NCBI GenBank assembly: GCA_040289575.1
Contig: PSLL01000006.1
Span: 24,583-88,582 of the forward strand
Direction of reading: 5' to 3'
DNA from: Candidatus Dadabacteria bacterium
Lineage (GTDB): Bacteria > Desulfobacterota_D > UBA1144 > Nemesobacterales > CSP1-2
DNA: 64,000 nucleotides
Part shown: one piece after another, positions 41,436 to 52,479 of the stretch
Numbering within the stretch: the stretch's first letter is position 1
Layout: each line of letters begins with the position of its first letter
Notes under the pieces: model-generated
What the model saw: the letters and a program-made list of their open reading frames with translations, nothing else
What the model was told of the DNA's origin: nothing
Database searches by the model: none
Made by a program: the position numbers and the translations under genes

Positions 41436-41975
41436 ATGAGAGTCCTTCCGTTAACATTAGGTTTGATACTCGGTCTTGTGGGAGTAACTTATGCTCAATC
41501 GGCTGCAAAAATCGGTTATGTGGATATTCAGCGTGTGATAAGTGAATCCAAAGCCGGTATAGCCGCCAGCGCCGCTCTTCAGGAAGACCTTAAGAAAAAG
41601 GAAGATATAATAAACCAGGAAGCTAAACAGATTATCCAAATGAGAAATAATTTTATGAGCAAAAATTCCGTTATGAGCAAAGAAGCACAAGAGCAAGAAG
41701 CCGATCAAATAGAAAACATGGAGAAGGAACTCCATAGAAAACGTGAGGATTTTCGAGATGCTTTAGCAGAGCAGGAATCGAACCTCAAAGAGAAAATACT
41801 AAGTGATGTGGTGAGAATAGTAAACGAAATAGGGAATTCCGAGGGATATAGTTTAATAGTTGAAAAAAGCGAAGCGGGTGTTCTATATGGGAGCAAAAGT
41901 GCCGACATTACAGATGAAGTCATACGCGCCTATGATAAAAAATACGAAGAAAAGAAAGGCGTCTCAAAAAGGTAG
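41436..41975 (+). CDS. OmpH/Skp-family periplasmic chaperone
   Basis: Signal peptide plus a coiled-coil OmpH domain (GYVDIQRVISESKAG…). Confidence 0.8.
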   Translation: MRVLPLTLGLILGLVGVTYAQSAAKIGYVDIQRVISESKAGIAASAALQEDLKKKEDIINQEAKQIIQMRNNFMSKNSVMSKEAQEQEADQIENMEKELHRKREDFRDALAEQESNLKEKILSDVVRIVNEIGNSEGYSLIVEKSEAGVLYGSKSADITDEVIRAYDKKYEEKKGVSKR

Positions 41976-42152
41976 TCGGCACCTTATTTTTTATCATTAT
42001 TACCCGATCCCTGTCCTTTCCTTCAGCCGTGATTTGCCCGTTTATAATCCCTTACAAACACTAATCAGACGGATTTGGTATGACTTATCCGAAATAACAA
42101 AACAAATTATGGATTTCTCTGCGCTGAGCTATAAAATATAAGATCCAATATA

Positions 42153-43910
42153 ATGCCCAAATCCATTCAATCCATCCTATCCGCCCTGAGCCTTATTGAT
42201 TGGCTGATTGTTATTGCTTATCTACTTCTGTCACTCGGAATCGGCATATATTTTACAAGGCGGGCAAGCAGGAGTATGTCCGAATATTTCGTTTCTGGAA
42301 GAAACCTATCATGGTGGATTATTGGAACATCAATGGTTGCAACAACGTTTTCAGCCGATACGCCGCTTGTCGTCACCGGGTGGGTTCGAACGGATGGAAT
42401 CTGGGAAAACTGGTTCTGGTGGAATTATCTCTTCAGCCATGTCTTTATCATATTCGTTTTCTCAAGGCTCTGGCGACGTGCGGAGGTGATTACGGATAAT
42501 GAGCTTATAGAGCTCAGATACAGCGGAAAGCCCGCAGCGTTTCTTAGAGGATTTAAGGCGCTTTACTTTGCAACCATTTTTAACTTCATCGTAATGGGCT
42601 GGGTAATAAGCGCGATGGCAAAAATCCTAAGGGTGTTCTTCGGGTTTGAAACGACCTTTGCCGTCATTATATGCATATCAATTGCATTCATATACACAAC
42701 CATGTCTGGGCTTTGGGGTGTAGCATTTACCGATTTCTTCCAGTATTTTGTCGCCCTTTTTGGAACGACTGCGCTTGCAATAATTGTAATAAACTCACCC
42801 GCCGTCGGGGGTTTCTCCGGTTTCCAAGAAAAATTGGGCGGGCTTGGGAGCCACCTTTCATTCTTTATGACTCCATCCGGTGGAAGGCCCGTGAGCGATG
42901 GTTTCTGGTCTTCCAGTTTTTTTATTTTTCTCGTTTATATATCGGTCATATGGTGGTCTTCACACAATTCAGACGGTGGAGGCTACTTCATCCAAAGGAT
43001 GTGTTCTGCAAAAAACGAGCGCCATGCTATACTGGGAATGGCATGGTTCTCGCTTAACCAATACGTAATACGCCTTTGGCCCTGGGTTTTAGTGGCCGTT
43101 TTCTCTTTGATTGTTTACCCAACCGCTAAGAAGGCCGGGGGTGATGAGGAAGCCATGTATGTCATAGTTATTCGTGATTTCCTGGGGCCCGGGCTCAAGG
43201 GTCTGCTATTTGTGTCCTTCCTTGCCGCATTCATGTCCACAATAACAACACAACTCAACTGGGGAGCCTCTTACTTGATGAACGACGTTTATAAAAGGTT
43301 TATTAATAAGAATGGAACAGAGGGTCATTATATCCTTGTTTCGAGAATATGCACATTGATACTGACTATTCTTGCGGGGTATTTTGCCTTCCATATAGAG
43401 AACATTGGGAAGGCATGGATCTTTCTCTGGGCAATGAGCGCGGGAATCGGTCTTGTCCTCATACTCAGGTGGTTCTGGTGGCGTATAAACGCATGGTCTG
43501 AAATCTCAGCCCTGGGTGCTTCTCTAATCACAATCCTGTTTTTAACACTGTACGCAGATTTCAAGGGCATATCGCTTGAGCTTAAGCACCAAATTATAGT
43601 TGTTCCCGTCTCAATCCTATCATGGCTGATTATTACCTATTTGACTAAACCCGAACCGGAGGAGACACTTCTCAATTTCTATAGAAAGATCCGTCCCTGG
43701 GGATGGTGGAGCCCTATCTCAAAAATAATTCCGGAGATAAAGCGTCCCCCGTTTATGCCTGTAATCATCAACTGGCTTCTCGGAATCAGTTTCATATTCT
43801 TTGCTATGATTGGTATTGGAAAGCTCCTCCTCGGCGCCCCTACCATTGGAGCAATTATGGTCTTAATTTCTATCTGCTCCGGGGTTTTGGTCTATATGAA
43901 TGTGAGGTAG
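42153..43910 (+). CDS. Sodium:solute symporter family (SSF) transporter
   Basis: SSF N-terminal signature (YFTRRASRSMSEYFVSGRNLSWWIIGTSMVATTFSADT). Confidence 0.85.
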   Translation: MPKSIQSILSALSLIDWLIVIAYLLLSLGIGIYFTRRASRSMSEYFVSGRNLSWWIIGTSMVATTFSADTPLVVTGWVRTDGIWENWFWWNYLFSHVFIIFVFSRLWRRAEVITDNELIELRYSGKPAAFLRGFKALYFATIFNFIVMGWVISAMAKILRVFFGFETTFAVIICISIAFIYTTMSGLWGVAFTDFFQYFVALFGTTALAIIVINSPAVGGFSGFQEKLGGLGSHLSFFMTPSGGRPVSDGFWSSSFFIFLVYISVIWWSSHNSDGGGYFIQRMCSAKNERHAILGMAWFSLNQYVIRLWPWVLVAVFSLIVYPTAKKAGGDEEAMYVIVIRDFLGPGLKGLLFVSFLAAFMSTITTQLNWGASYLMNDVYKRFINKNGTEGHYILVSRICTLILTILAGYFAFHIENIGKAWIFLWAMSAGIGLVLILRWFWWRINAWSEISALGASLITILFLTLYADFKGISLELKHQIIVVPVSILSWLIITYLTKPEPEETLLNFYRKIRPWGWWSPISKIIPEIKRPPFMPVIINWLLGISFIFFAMIGIGKLLLGAPTIGAIMVLISICSGVLVYMNVR

Positions 43911-44074
43911 AAACAACATAAGGGTGACAAAATAAAGGAAACTCTATATATTAAAACACACAGAAAATCTAATACTTGTAATTGCTTATACTGAAATTCC
44001 TTCTGTATGAGGAATTATCCTATTTGATTCGCGAATTTGAAATTAGAAGAATAATTTGTTAGAATTAGCAGAGG

Positions 44075-45946
44075 TTGAATAATAAACGGGAGAACTACAA
44101 TATGGGTAAGAAAACAGAGAAATTAGAGAAGGTTACGGTGAAATTCGCGGGAGATTCGGGAGACGGGGTACAGGTCTTGGGGGATCAGTTCGGCAACGCC
44201 ACCGCCGTCGTCGGCAATGACTTTGCAACCCTGCCCGATTATCCGGCAGAGATAAGGGCGCCGCAGGGAACGACTTATGGCGTCTCATCGTATCAGATTC
44301 AATTTGCCGCCTATGACATATATACCCCCGGCGATATTCCAGATGTTCTTGTTGCTTTCAATCCGGCGGCATTGAAGGTTAACCTGACATCCCTTAAGCC
44401 CGGAGGTTTAATAATAGTAAATGAAGACGAATTTACCGAACAGAATCTCAGAAAAGCCGGGTTTACATCAAACCCCTTGGAAGACGATTCTTTAAGCTCA
44501 TTCCGCATCTATAAGGCTCCTATTACAAAGCTCACAATTGAATCCCTAAAAGACGAACCGATCGGGCACAAGGATAAAGAGAGATGCAGAAACTTTCTTG
44601 CCCTTGGGATGATGTGCTGGCTGTTTTCACGCCCGCTTGATCCGGTTATAAACTTCCTTCAAAAGAGATTTGCCAACAAGGCCCAGATCTTTGAAGCAAA
44701 TCTAAAAGCACTCAAGGCCGGATATAACGTGTGCGACACCATGGAGATATTTCCGATCCATTACCAGCTTCTGCCCGCAAAGCTGGAGCCCGGAAAATAC
44801 AGGAATATAAACGGAGCTCTCGCAACCGCCTACGGGCTTGTAGTCGCCGCGCATAAGTCAGGCTTGCAACTCATATATTCGGGATACCCTATAACGCCCG
44901 CAAGCGAGGCTTTGCACAACCTCGCCGCCTTAAAACAATACGGTGCGATAACCATTCAGGCAGAGGATGAAATAAGCGCCATAACCATTGCACTAGGTGC
45001 AACCTATTCGGGAGCCCTAGGCGTGACGGGAACAAGCGGTCCCGGACTTGCTCTAAAGAGTGAGGCACTTAACCTTGCGGTCATGACAGAGCTTCCGCTT
45101 ATAGTATTCGATTTTCAAAGGTCTGGGCCTTCAACAGGAATGCCGACAAAAACCGAGCAGACAGACCTGCTCTTTGCGCTTTTTGGAAGGCCTGCCGAAT
45201 CGCCGGTTATAGTACTTGCTCCTCTGTCCCCAGCCGATTGCTTCTGGACATCCATTGAAGCCGTAAGGCTCGCTACAAAGTATATGACGCCCGTTATAGT
45301 TCTTTCCGAGCAGTTCCTTGTACATTCATCCGAGCCTTGGAAGCTCCCCGATTTAAACCAGATCCCACCAATAGAGGTAAAATTTAGAACCGATCCAAAT
45401 GGTTTTCACCCATATATCCGCGACGAAAAAACCCTTGCAAGACCCTGGGTAAAACTCGGAACAAGAGGGCTTGAACACACCCTGGGGGGGCTTGAAAAGA
45501 GCAATATCTTTGGAACAATATCATACGACCCTGAAAACCATGACCTTATGAACAAACTGAGGGCGCAAAAGCTCCAAAGGGTGGCCCAGGATATACCTGA
45601 TGCCCAGGCTGTGGGCCCTTCTGATGCGGATGTAGTTGTTGTGGGATGGGGAGGCACATATGGACACATAAAGGCGGCTGTAGAATCGGCAAATCAGGAT
45701 GGAATGAAGGTATCAATGATACAGCTAAGGCACCTCAATCCCCTTCCCAAGAATCTCGGTGATCTATTGCGGAGATTCAAAAAGGTTCTTGTCCCTGAAC
45801 TGAACCTGGGGCAACTCTCATATATAATACGTGCCAAATACCTTATTGACGCTACAGGATACAATAGAATTACGGGAAAGCCGTTTACTGTATCCGAGCT
45901 TTTAAACTTTATTAAAGATGAGTATGAAAGTTTAAGAATGCATTAA
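44075..45946 (+). CDS. korA: 2-oxoacid:ferredoxin oxidoreductase, alpha subunit with a fused N-terminal gamma-like domain (KorA)
   Basis: POR gamma-type N-terminus (VKFAGDSGDGVQVLGDQFGNA) followed by alpha-subunit domains. Confidence 0.85.
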   Translation: MNNKRENYNMGKKTEKLEKVTVKFAGDSGDGVQVLGDQFGNATAVVGNDFATLPDYPAEIRAPQGTTYGVSSYQIQFAAYDIYTPGDIPDVLVAFNPAALKVNLTSLKPGGLIIVNEDEFTEQNLRKAGFTSNPLEDDSLSSFRIYKAPITKLTIESLKDEPIGHKDKERCRNFLALGMMCWLFSRPLDPVINFLQKRFANKAQIFEANLKALKAGYNVCDTMEIFPIHYQLLPAKLEPGKYRNINGALATAYGLVVAAHKSGLQLIYSGYPITPASEALHNLAALKQYGAITIQAEDEISAITIALGATYSGALGVTGTSGPGLALKSEALNLAVMTELPLIVFDFQRSGPSTGMPTKTEQTDLLFALFGRPAESPVIVLAPLSPADCFWTSIEAVRLATKYMTPVIVLSEQFLVHSSEPWKLPDLNQIPPIEVKFRTDPNGFHPYIRDEKTLARPWVKLGTRGLEHTLGGLEKSNIFGTISYDPENHDLMNKLRAQKLQRVAQDIPDAQAVGPSDADVVVVGWGGTYGHIKAAVESANQDGMKVSMIQLRHLNPLPKNLGDLLRRFKKVLVPELNLGQLSYIIRAKYLIDATGYNRITGKPFTVSELLNFIKDEYESLRMH

Positions 45947-45967
45947 AACTAGAGGGGGAAAAGACGA

Positions 45968-46981
45968 ATGAGTGTAACAGAGCAAGAGGTAAAATATAAA
46001 TGGACTGATTTTAAATCCGATCAGGATGTAAGATGGTGTCCCGGCTGTGATGACTATGCAATACTCAAGGCATTCCAGATGGCACTTGCCGAAATCGGCA
46101 TCCCCAGAGAAAAACATGTCGTGGTATCGGGGATCGGCTGTTCTTCAAGACTCCCCTATTACATGAGCACATACGGATTTCATGGAATACACGGAAGACC
46201 GATACCCATTGCAACGGGTGTGAAGGTGGCAAATCCCGATCTCTCGGTGTGGGTTATAACTGGAGACGGGGACGCTCTATCTATAGGTGGTAACCACCTT
46301 ATACACGTTATGAGAAGGAATGTTGATATAAAGATATTGCTCTTTGATAATAGGATATACGGTCTTACAAAGGGTCAATACTCTCCCACAAGCAATAAGG
46401 GAATGATAAACAGGTCTGCCCCCATGGGAACTGTGGAAGAGGCCGTAGAACCAGTTGCCCTTGCGCTTGCCTCAGGAGCGAGTTTTGTAGCGAGGACGGA
46501 TGCCGCATATTTAAGGCACCTTGTGCAGCTCATTGTAGAGGCACACAAGCACAAAGGAACGGCCTTCTTACACATATATCAAAACTGCTATGTATATAAC
46601 GATGGTGTATTTGATGATTTCACGGCAAAAGAGATAAGGGATGATAGAAACATTATAGTCGAGCACGGTAAACCCCTTATATATGGCAAAAAAAGAGACA
46701 AGGGCTTAAGATTCAAAGGAACTAAATTTGAGATAGTAGAGTTTGAGCCGGGAAATCCGCCCGAGGATATTACGATTTACGATGAGACAAACCTTGCGTT
46801 TGCCTTTGCACTTTCAAAGCTCTACTGGCCCGAATACCCAGTGCCTATGGGAGTGCTAAGAAGGGTTGAGCAACCAAGCTTTGAAGAACTCATCTACGGA
46901 CAGGTAGAAAGAGCAAAACAGAAATTCTCAACAGACCTAAATAAACTCATATACTCAGGCGATGTTTGGGAAGTAAAATGA
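45968..46981 (+). CDS. korB: 2-oxoacid:ferredoxin oxidoreductase, beta subunit (TPP-binding, KorB)
   Basis: CPGCDDYAIL… and GIGCSS…GDGDALSIGGNHLIH TPP motif. Confidence 0.9.
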   Translation: MSVTEQEVKYKWTDFKSDQDVRWCPGCDDYAILKAFQMALAEIGIPREKHVVVSGIGCSSRLPYYMSTYGFHGIHGRPIPIATGVKVANPDLSVWVITGDGDALSIGGNHLIHVMRRNVDIKILLFDNRIYGLTKGQYSPTSNKGMINRSAPMGTVEEAVEPVALALASGASFVARTDAAYLRHLVQLIVEAHKHKGTAFLHIYQNCYVYNDGVFDDFTAKEIRDDRNIIVEHGKPLIYGKKRDKGLRFKGTKFEIVEFEPGNPPEDITIYDETNLAFAFALSKLYWPEYPVPMGVLRRVEQPSFEELIYGQVERAKQKFSTDLNKLIYSGDVWEVK

Positions 46982-46993
46982 GATATTGAATCG

Positions 46994-47017
46994 TAGGGGG
47001 CAAATGGCCGCCCCCTA
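46994..47017 (+). terminator. Stem-loop TAGGGGGC-AAATGGCC-GCCCCCTA after korB
   Basis: 8-bp perfect inverted repeat 13 nt after the korB stop. The downstream U-tract is weak. Confidence 0.35.
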
Positions 47018-47130
47018 CAATGTGTCTGCCCCCCGATTAAGTTATTTAGAACCATAAAGTAGAGTATATCCATTATAGATAGGACATTTCCATAGAGAAA
47101 TGGTATAATTTTTCTTGAGGAAGATTCCGA

Positions 47131-47718
47131 ATGGCGATAAAGGTAAAGGTCATACAACCGCCAAAGTTGAGTCTTATCGAGAGACTCTATATCCCTGAGA
47201 TACTCAAGGGTCTAAAAACAACCCTTATGCACCTCCTCCGGTTTCAACCCATAACCGTACAGTATCCAGAAGAGGTAAAACAACTCCCTCCGAGATACAG
47301 GGGGCTTCATATCCTTCCCGCAGATGATGAAGGAGAGATAAGATGCGTCGCATGTAAGCTCTGCGAGGTTGCATGTCCAACTCAGGCAATATCAATTGTA
47401 TCTGAGCCTGCAGATGAATACGGGATTGAAAGAAGACCAAAGGTTTATAATATAGACTTCATGAGATGCGTTTTTTGCGGATTCTGCGTTGAGGCTTGCC
47501 CGTGTGATGCCTTGAGAATGGGGATGAAATACGAACTTGCATCATACAGTAGAGCCGGTCTTATCCATACAAAAGAGGTCTTCTTTGACCCAAACGTAAG
47601 GAGTAGAGCGCCAAGGGACAATGCAAATTTTCTATATGAAAGGGAAAAGGGCGATATCTTAGATAAACCCGAAGAGATTGAATATGTAAAAAAGCTCTCA
47701 GGAACTTATACCCCCTGA
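47131..47718 (+). CDS. NuoI-like 2x[4Fe-4S] ferredoxin (NADH-quinone oxidoreductase subunit I homolog), stand-alone
   Basis: NuoI N-terminal region (…LKTTLMHLLRFQPITVQYPEEVKQLPPRYRG) and two CxxCxxCxxxCP motifs. Confidence 0.8.
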   Translation: MAIKVKVIQPPKLSLIERLYIPEILKGLKTTLMHLLRFQPITVQYPEEVKQLPPRYRGLHILPADDEGEIRCVACKLCEVACPTQAISIVSEPADEYGIERRPKVYNIDFMRCVFCGFCVEACPCDALRMGMKYELASYSRAGLIHTKEVFFDPNVRSRAPRDNANFLYEREKGDILDKPEEIEYVKKLSGTYTP

Positions 47719-47750
47719 AGACAATTAACTCCTGATAAAGACAAAAGGTT

Positions 47751-48782
47751 ATGAAAGCAGTAGTAGTCTACGAACACGGTGGAATTGACAAGTTAAAATA
47801 CGATGAGGTACCAGACCCAGAGGTTCGTGTAAATGATGTCCTCGTACAAGTAAAAGCCTGTGGGATAAATCACCTCGATATCTGGGTGAGGAAAGGGCTT
47901 CCCCACCTCAAACTCAAGTACCCTCATATCCTCGGTTCAGATGTGTCGGGGGTTGTGACAAAGGTAGGAGAAGACGTCCGTGGAATTGAGGTAGGCACAC
48001 CTGTTTTAATATCGCCGGGAATAACGTGCGGAAGATGTGTCCACTGCTTAAGCGGTCGAGATAACCTCTGCAGAGAGTATGCGATCCTGGGTGAGAACTG
48101 TCTTGGCGGATGTGCAGAATACATATCAGTTCCAAAGGAAAACATCCTTCCCATGCCAAAGAACATCTCCTTTGAGGAAGGAGCCTGTATTCCTCTTGTT
48201 TTTCTTACCGCCTGGCATATGCTGGTATCTCGCGCGGGGATTAAAATGGGAGAAACTGTTCTGATTCACGCGGCAGGGAGTGGTGTTGGAAGCGCAGCCA
48301 TACAGATTGCAAAGCTCTTTGGAGCAACTGTAATTACCACCGCCGGAACAGATGAAAAGCTAGAGAAAGCAAAAACCATCCTCGGTGGCGATTATGGAAT
48401 CAATTACAGCAACCACGATTTCTTTGTCGAGGTAAGAAGGATTACGGGGAAAAGAGGCGTAGACATCATTGTAGATCACACGGGAGAGATAAACTGGGAA
48501 AGAAACATTCTTGCGCTCGCAACGGGCGGAAGAATAGTTGTCTGCGGCTCCACATCCGGATATGATGGGAAAACAGATATAAGACACGTATTCTTCAGAA
48601 GGCTCTCGATTCTGGGCTCCACTATGGGAAGCAAGGGGAATCTGTTTGAGGTCATAAAGCACATTGAATCAGGCAAACTCAAACCCGTGCTTTACAAAGT
48701 TCTCCCTATGTCTCGGGCTGCCGAGGGACATAGACTTATAGAGGATAGAGAGGTGTTTGGAAAGGTAGTGCTAGTCCCATAG
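47751..48782 (+). CDS. Zinc-dependent alcohol dehydrogenase / MDR-family oxidoreductase
   Basis: GroES-like N-terminal domain, structural-zinc Cys cluster (CGRCVHCLSGRDNLC), Rossmann AAGSGVGSAAIQ. Confidence 0.85.
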   Translation: MKAVVVYEHGGIDKLKYDEVPDPEVRVNDVLVQVKACGINHLDIWVRKGLPHLKLKYPHILGSDVSGVVTKVGEDVRGIEVGTPVLISPGITCGRCVHCLSGRDNLCREYAILGENCLGGCAEYISVPKENILPMPKNISFEEGACIPLVFLTAWHMLVSRAGIKMGETVLIHAAGSGVGSAAIQIAKLFGATVITTAGTDEKLEKAKTILGGDYGINYSNHDFFVEVRRITGKRGVDIIVDHTGEINWERNILALATGGRIVVCGSTSGYDGKTDIRHVFFRRLSILGSTMGSKGNLFEVIKHIESGKLKPVLYKVLPMSRAAEGHRLIEDREVFGKVVLVP

Positions 48783-48787
48783 TCAAG

Positions 48788-50417
48788 TTAGTAGACAACC
48801 TTAAATATATCCATATCCTTAATTACCCAATTATCAACCGGTCTACTCTTAAAAGACATTATCAAAATGAAGTGTTTAGACCATTCATTATTATAAACCT
48901 CATACAAGTAAGAACGCCTTTTTATATTCTCTGTGTCCAACATCAAGTAACTGATTTGCATTTTTTTAAAATCTTGAATCGCACCCTCTAAGTTATTATA
49001 AATACCGGGTCTAAAGGTAGCCACACCCAATTGCTTGGATGATAAATTTAATAGATTTTTACTACCGATTTTGGAGTCTGTAAGGATCATTTCAATCAAA
49101 TCGCCGCCCTCAACAATCGCTATGTTCCCGTGCAGGTTGCTTGCCGCCCAGATTGCCCAACTATCCCGAACCTTAGGAGTCGCAATGCTTGTACCATTCG
49201 CAATACTCAGATGAATACTCAGTGGGATACGCACAAAAAGTAATAGAATAAATAGCAAAACTAAAATATTATTTCTATTGCCCTCTCTGAGAAGATCAAT
49301 CAAGAATTTCGATGAAATAACAAAAGTAAAGGGTAGCAGTACGTACAAATATCTTGGATTGCCATAAACCTCAAATACAGGGATAAAACCTGCAACGAAA
49401 ACAAAGAAAAGAATAAAAATTAGATCGAATCTTGAAAACCTCTCTAAAATAAGATACTTAATGCCGCCAAGGAAAAATAAGGCCAACCAAACCTCCCCCA
49501 GTAGTAATATAGAATTGATTCGCTACTTTGAACAAACCGTGATAGATAAATTTTCTAAAATAGTCATCAATCTTATGTGTTCTTAAGTAATTAATAAAAG
49601 ATGGGTTAAGGGTACCTTTCAGCGATGCTTGTGTATTGAAGTCTGCAAAGTATTGTGAATTCTTGCCAAAATCAAAAGCGGATCCATATGACTTATATCT
49701 CATATACAGGTCGGGCAGTGACACTAAAAAGAACAGAAATGGCACTAACAGTAGAAATGACCGGCTTAAGTTTGCCTTCTTATACCACAGTAACCACACT
49801 AGATACAGAAGGACAACACCCAGCATAAATATGCCATTGGGCCTCACATAATTTGAAAAACCAGCCAAGATGGTGGCAATGACAATTCTGTGCGATTTGT
49901 TTGCGGAATCCGCCAAATAATACACCGTTGATATAACCAATAAGATAAAGAGCGGTTCACTGTATCCCGAGTATTCCAAGCCGCCTGTACGTATCAATAT
50001 TGGAGAGAGTGCAAAGGCAAAAACAGCAACTATAGAAGATTTTTTATCAGTTAATTTATTAGCAAGGCCAGAAAAAGGGAAAATAGATAAACCCATAATC
50101 AAAATAGACAAAACTCTTGAAAGAATCATTCCATCAAAAATTGATCGGATACCGAATACCTTGAGAAAGGCGGCTAGCACTATTGACCAGCCAATTGAAT
50201 GGCTGTGCATAGGAATCCAATTTCCCTGTGCTATTTCAAAACCCTTTATTAGATAATAATACGCATCTTCCCGCAACACATCATTAAACGGTGTAGAAAA
50301 GGTCATTAATGTGACCATTAAGAGAAAACAAGAGGTTGTAAACCATATATATTTCGAGTATAAGTAGGGAAATGCAATATCTAATTTATTGTTTATATAG
50401 TTAATAGCATCTATCAC
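48788..50417 (-). pseudogene. GT39/GT83-like (ArnT/PMT_2-type) polyprenyl-phosphate-sugar-dependent membrane glycosyltransferase, split by a frameshift near 49460-49490
   Basis: The N-terminal 319-aa ORF carries the PMT_2/ArnT first-loop motif (REDAYYY…). A 232-aa ORF in another frame continues the multi-TM protein. The ORFs overlap at 49458..49486 next to a CCCCC run. Confidence 0.6.
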
Positions 50418-50511
50418 GATTTAACCTTTTATGCACTATGTGAAAGCGTACACCAGCCATTAAATTTTTATGGCAATATGAGACTACCATCCGACAATTT
50501 TTTAATAGTCT

Positions 50512-51543
50512 TCATTTCCTCCCTTTAACCGTACCACTACTCTTCTTTTTTGATATGAGAAAACCCCAGAAGAAGCCTATTTTATTGGAGATTTCAAATA
50601 AGAACATAAAAGGGAGATATAGTAAGAACTCTCCTACCGAACTAGACTGTCGTGCTCTCCAAAAAGCACTGAGTAATGTACCCGACTTTCCCATAATTCC
50701 CCATAGTATCAACCGAAACGAGCCTACAGAACCGTTCGAGTACTTCTTGTGATAACTCCAACCGTTGCGGCCAGTATCAAAGCACTTACTAACTGTATCA
50801 AGAACGCTCCTTCGACCGTACCGATGCCTGATCCGATGGTAGGGATAATAGTAAACCGGTATGCCTTCGGCACGTAGGCGCCTAGTCATGTCTGTATCCT
50901 CTGCTCTAAGTAGCGATTCATCGAAAAGCCCTACCTTCTGGAAGACTTCCCTCTTGAACGCAGCCCCTCCCGCTGCCTCTAGGTCGTGTTGTGTTGTTAT
51001 TTTTTCTTCTATAACCGACAGCCTTCGCCATCTTCTCTTCAATTTTTCTAACCAGTGTTCATCTAAAATTTCTTCACAAGATAGGCGCCTTCTAACACTA
51101 ACATCAAAGTAGAAATGGCTAACCCTGCTAAAGAAATCTTCCTCGGCTGCAATGATCTTGAATCGCACCACCATTGCACGGGGATTCTCCTGAAAAAACC
51201 TAATTATGGTTTCGGCATAATCAGGAGCCATTATGTAATCGTCAGCCACAATTGCAATTATGCCCCCGGAAGCATTGACAATGCCCGTGTTTCTCGTCGC
51301 CGGGATTCCCTTATGAGTTTGCCGACAGTACTTCAATCCCGGGTGACTCAGTGATATGCTCTCCATCATGCCCTCTGTACCATCTGTTGATCCATCATCT
51401 ACAACTATTATCTCTAGATTTTCCCTCGGTACAGTCTGAGAAAATAATGAATCCAAGCAACCACGGAGCATATCTTTGCGATTATAGGTCAAGACGATAA
51501 TGGATAGCACTCCAGGTTTTCCTCTGGTCATATTCAAATCCAC
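50512..51543 (-). CDS. Glycosyltransferase family 2 with a C-terminal hydrophobic segment (DPM1/GtrB-like polyprenyl-phosphate glycosyltransferase candidate)
   Basis: GT2 N-terminus (LSIIVLTYNRKDMLRGCLDSLFSQTV…EIIVVDDGSTDGT). Confidence 0.75.
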   Translation of the reverse strand: MDLNMTRGKPGVLSIIVLTYNRKDMLRGCLDSLFSQTVPRENLEIIVVDDGSTDGTEGMMESISLSHPGLKYCRQTHKGIPATRNTGIVNASGGIIAIVADDYIMAPDYAETIIRFFQENPRAMVVRFKIIAAEEDFFSRVSHFYFDVSVRRRLSCEEILDEHWLEKLKRRWRRLSVIEEKITTQHDLEAAGGAAFKREVFQKVGLFDESLLRAEDTDMTRRLRAEGIPVYYYPYHRIRHRYGRRSVLDTVSKCFDTGRNGWSYHKKYSNGSVGSFRLILWGIMGKSGTLLSAFWRARQSSSVGEFLLYLPFMFLFEISNKIGFFWGFLISKKKSSGTVKGRK

Positions 51544-51615
51544 GGTTTACACCTACCCCTTGAAATTAGCTTATCAATCATATCTAGAGGTGCATCAAAG
51601 AATAAGACGGTACGA

Positions 51616-52479
51616 TTAAAGGAGATTTCTCATCTTTATCATATCTCTCAGTTTCCAGTATTTCATGCTCAATCGCCAACTGAATCCGAGCAATATCGCC
51701 AAGAAATGAGAGTGCTGCCTTATATCAACTTTGTGCTTTTTCTCGTCCGCAATAATAAATTCCTCACCGTATTTCCTTCTTATGTAATACTCACCCTTGG
51801 TATACCAAACCCTCTGTTTTATTAAACCCACCAGCGAATCTCTACAATCCAGATAGGCGATAATATCGTCTGATTTATACAAATCGATTCCATTTTCCTG
51901 CAAACGGAGATAAAGGTCATAGTCCTCTCTCGATGGGAGTGATTCATCGAATAGCGGATTTATCATCCTTAAGAGTGTTCTCTTAATTGAAAAATTGCCC
52001 GACGACAGTCTGTTTACTCGATAGAGCCTACTGTCTTTCTTATTAAAAACTGCATCGTAGTTATAGAACCAGAAGTTGGAGTAGAAATCGTCCCTTAGCC
52101 TCTTAAGGTTCCCATTGAGCACCATTACCTCGGGATGCTCTTTGTGGACTCGAATTGTCTCAAGAATATAGTTTCGTTCGACTATGCAATCATCATCCAG
52201 GAATATTATAATGTCGCCGGTGCTTTGACTTAGGCCGTAGTTTCTTGCAAAGCTTGGACCTCTATTTCTATCTAACGAGTAGAGTCTGAGAAAAGAATAT
52301 TTTTTATCCAATAGATAGTTCATTTGTTTATCTGCCACACAATCACTATGGTCGTCTACAATGAGTACTTCTAAATTTATTTCTAATCCGTGTTCCCTGA
52401 TCTGTGGAATCAAGGAATTTAATAGATTGGCTAGCTTATTAAATCTGTTATACGTGGGAATAATGATTGAAACCTTCAT
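51616..52479 (-). CDS. Glycosyltransferase family 2
   Basis: GT2 N-terminus (VSIIIPTYNRFNKLANLL…LIVDDHSDC…FLDDDC). Confidence 0.8.
   Translation of the reverse strand: MKVSIIIPTYNRFNKLANLLNSLIPQIREHGLEINLEVLIVDDHSDCVADKQMNYLLDKKYSFLRLYSLDRNRGPSFARNYGLSQSTGDIIIFLDDDCIVERNYILETIRVHKEHPEVMVLNGNLKRLRDDFYSNFWFYNYDAVFNKKDSRLYRVNRLSSGNFSIKRTLLRMINPLFDESLPSREDYDLYLRLQENGIDLYKSDDIIAYLDCRDSLVGLIKQRVWYTKGEYYIRRKYGEEFIIADEKKHKVDIRQHSHFLAILLGFSWRLSMKYWKLRDMIKMRNLL

Noticed and set aside
47914-48662. Antisense ORFs within the alcohol dehydrogenase gene
   Set aside because: Spurious: opposite strand of a confidently called CDS.
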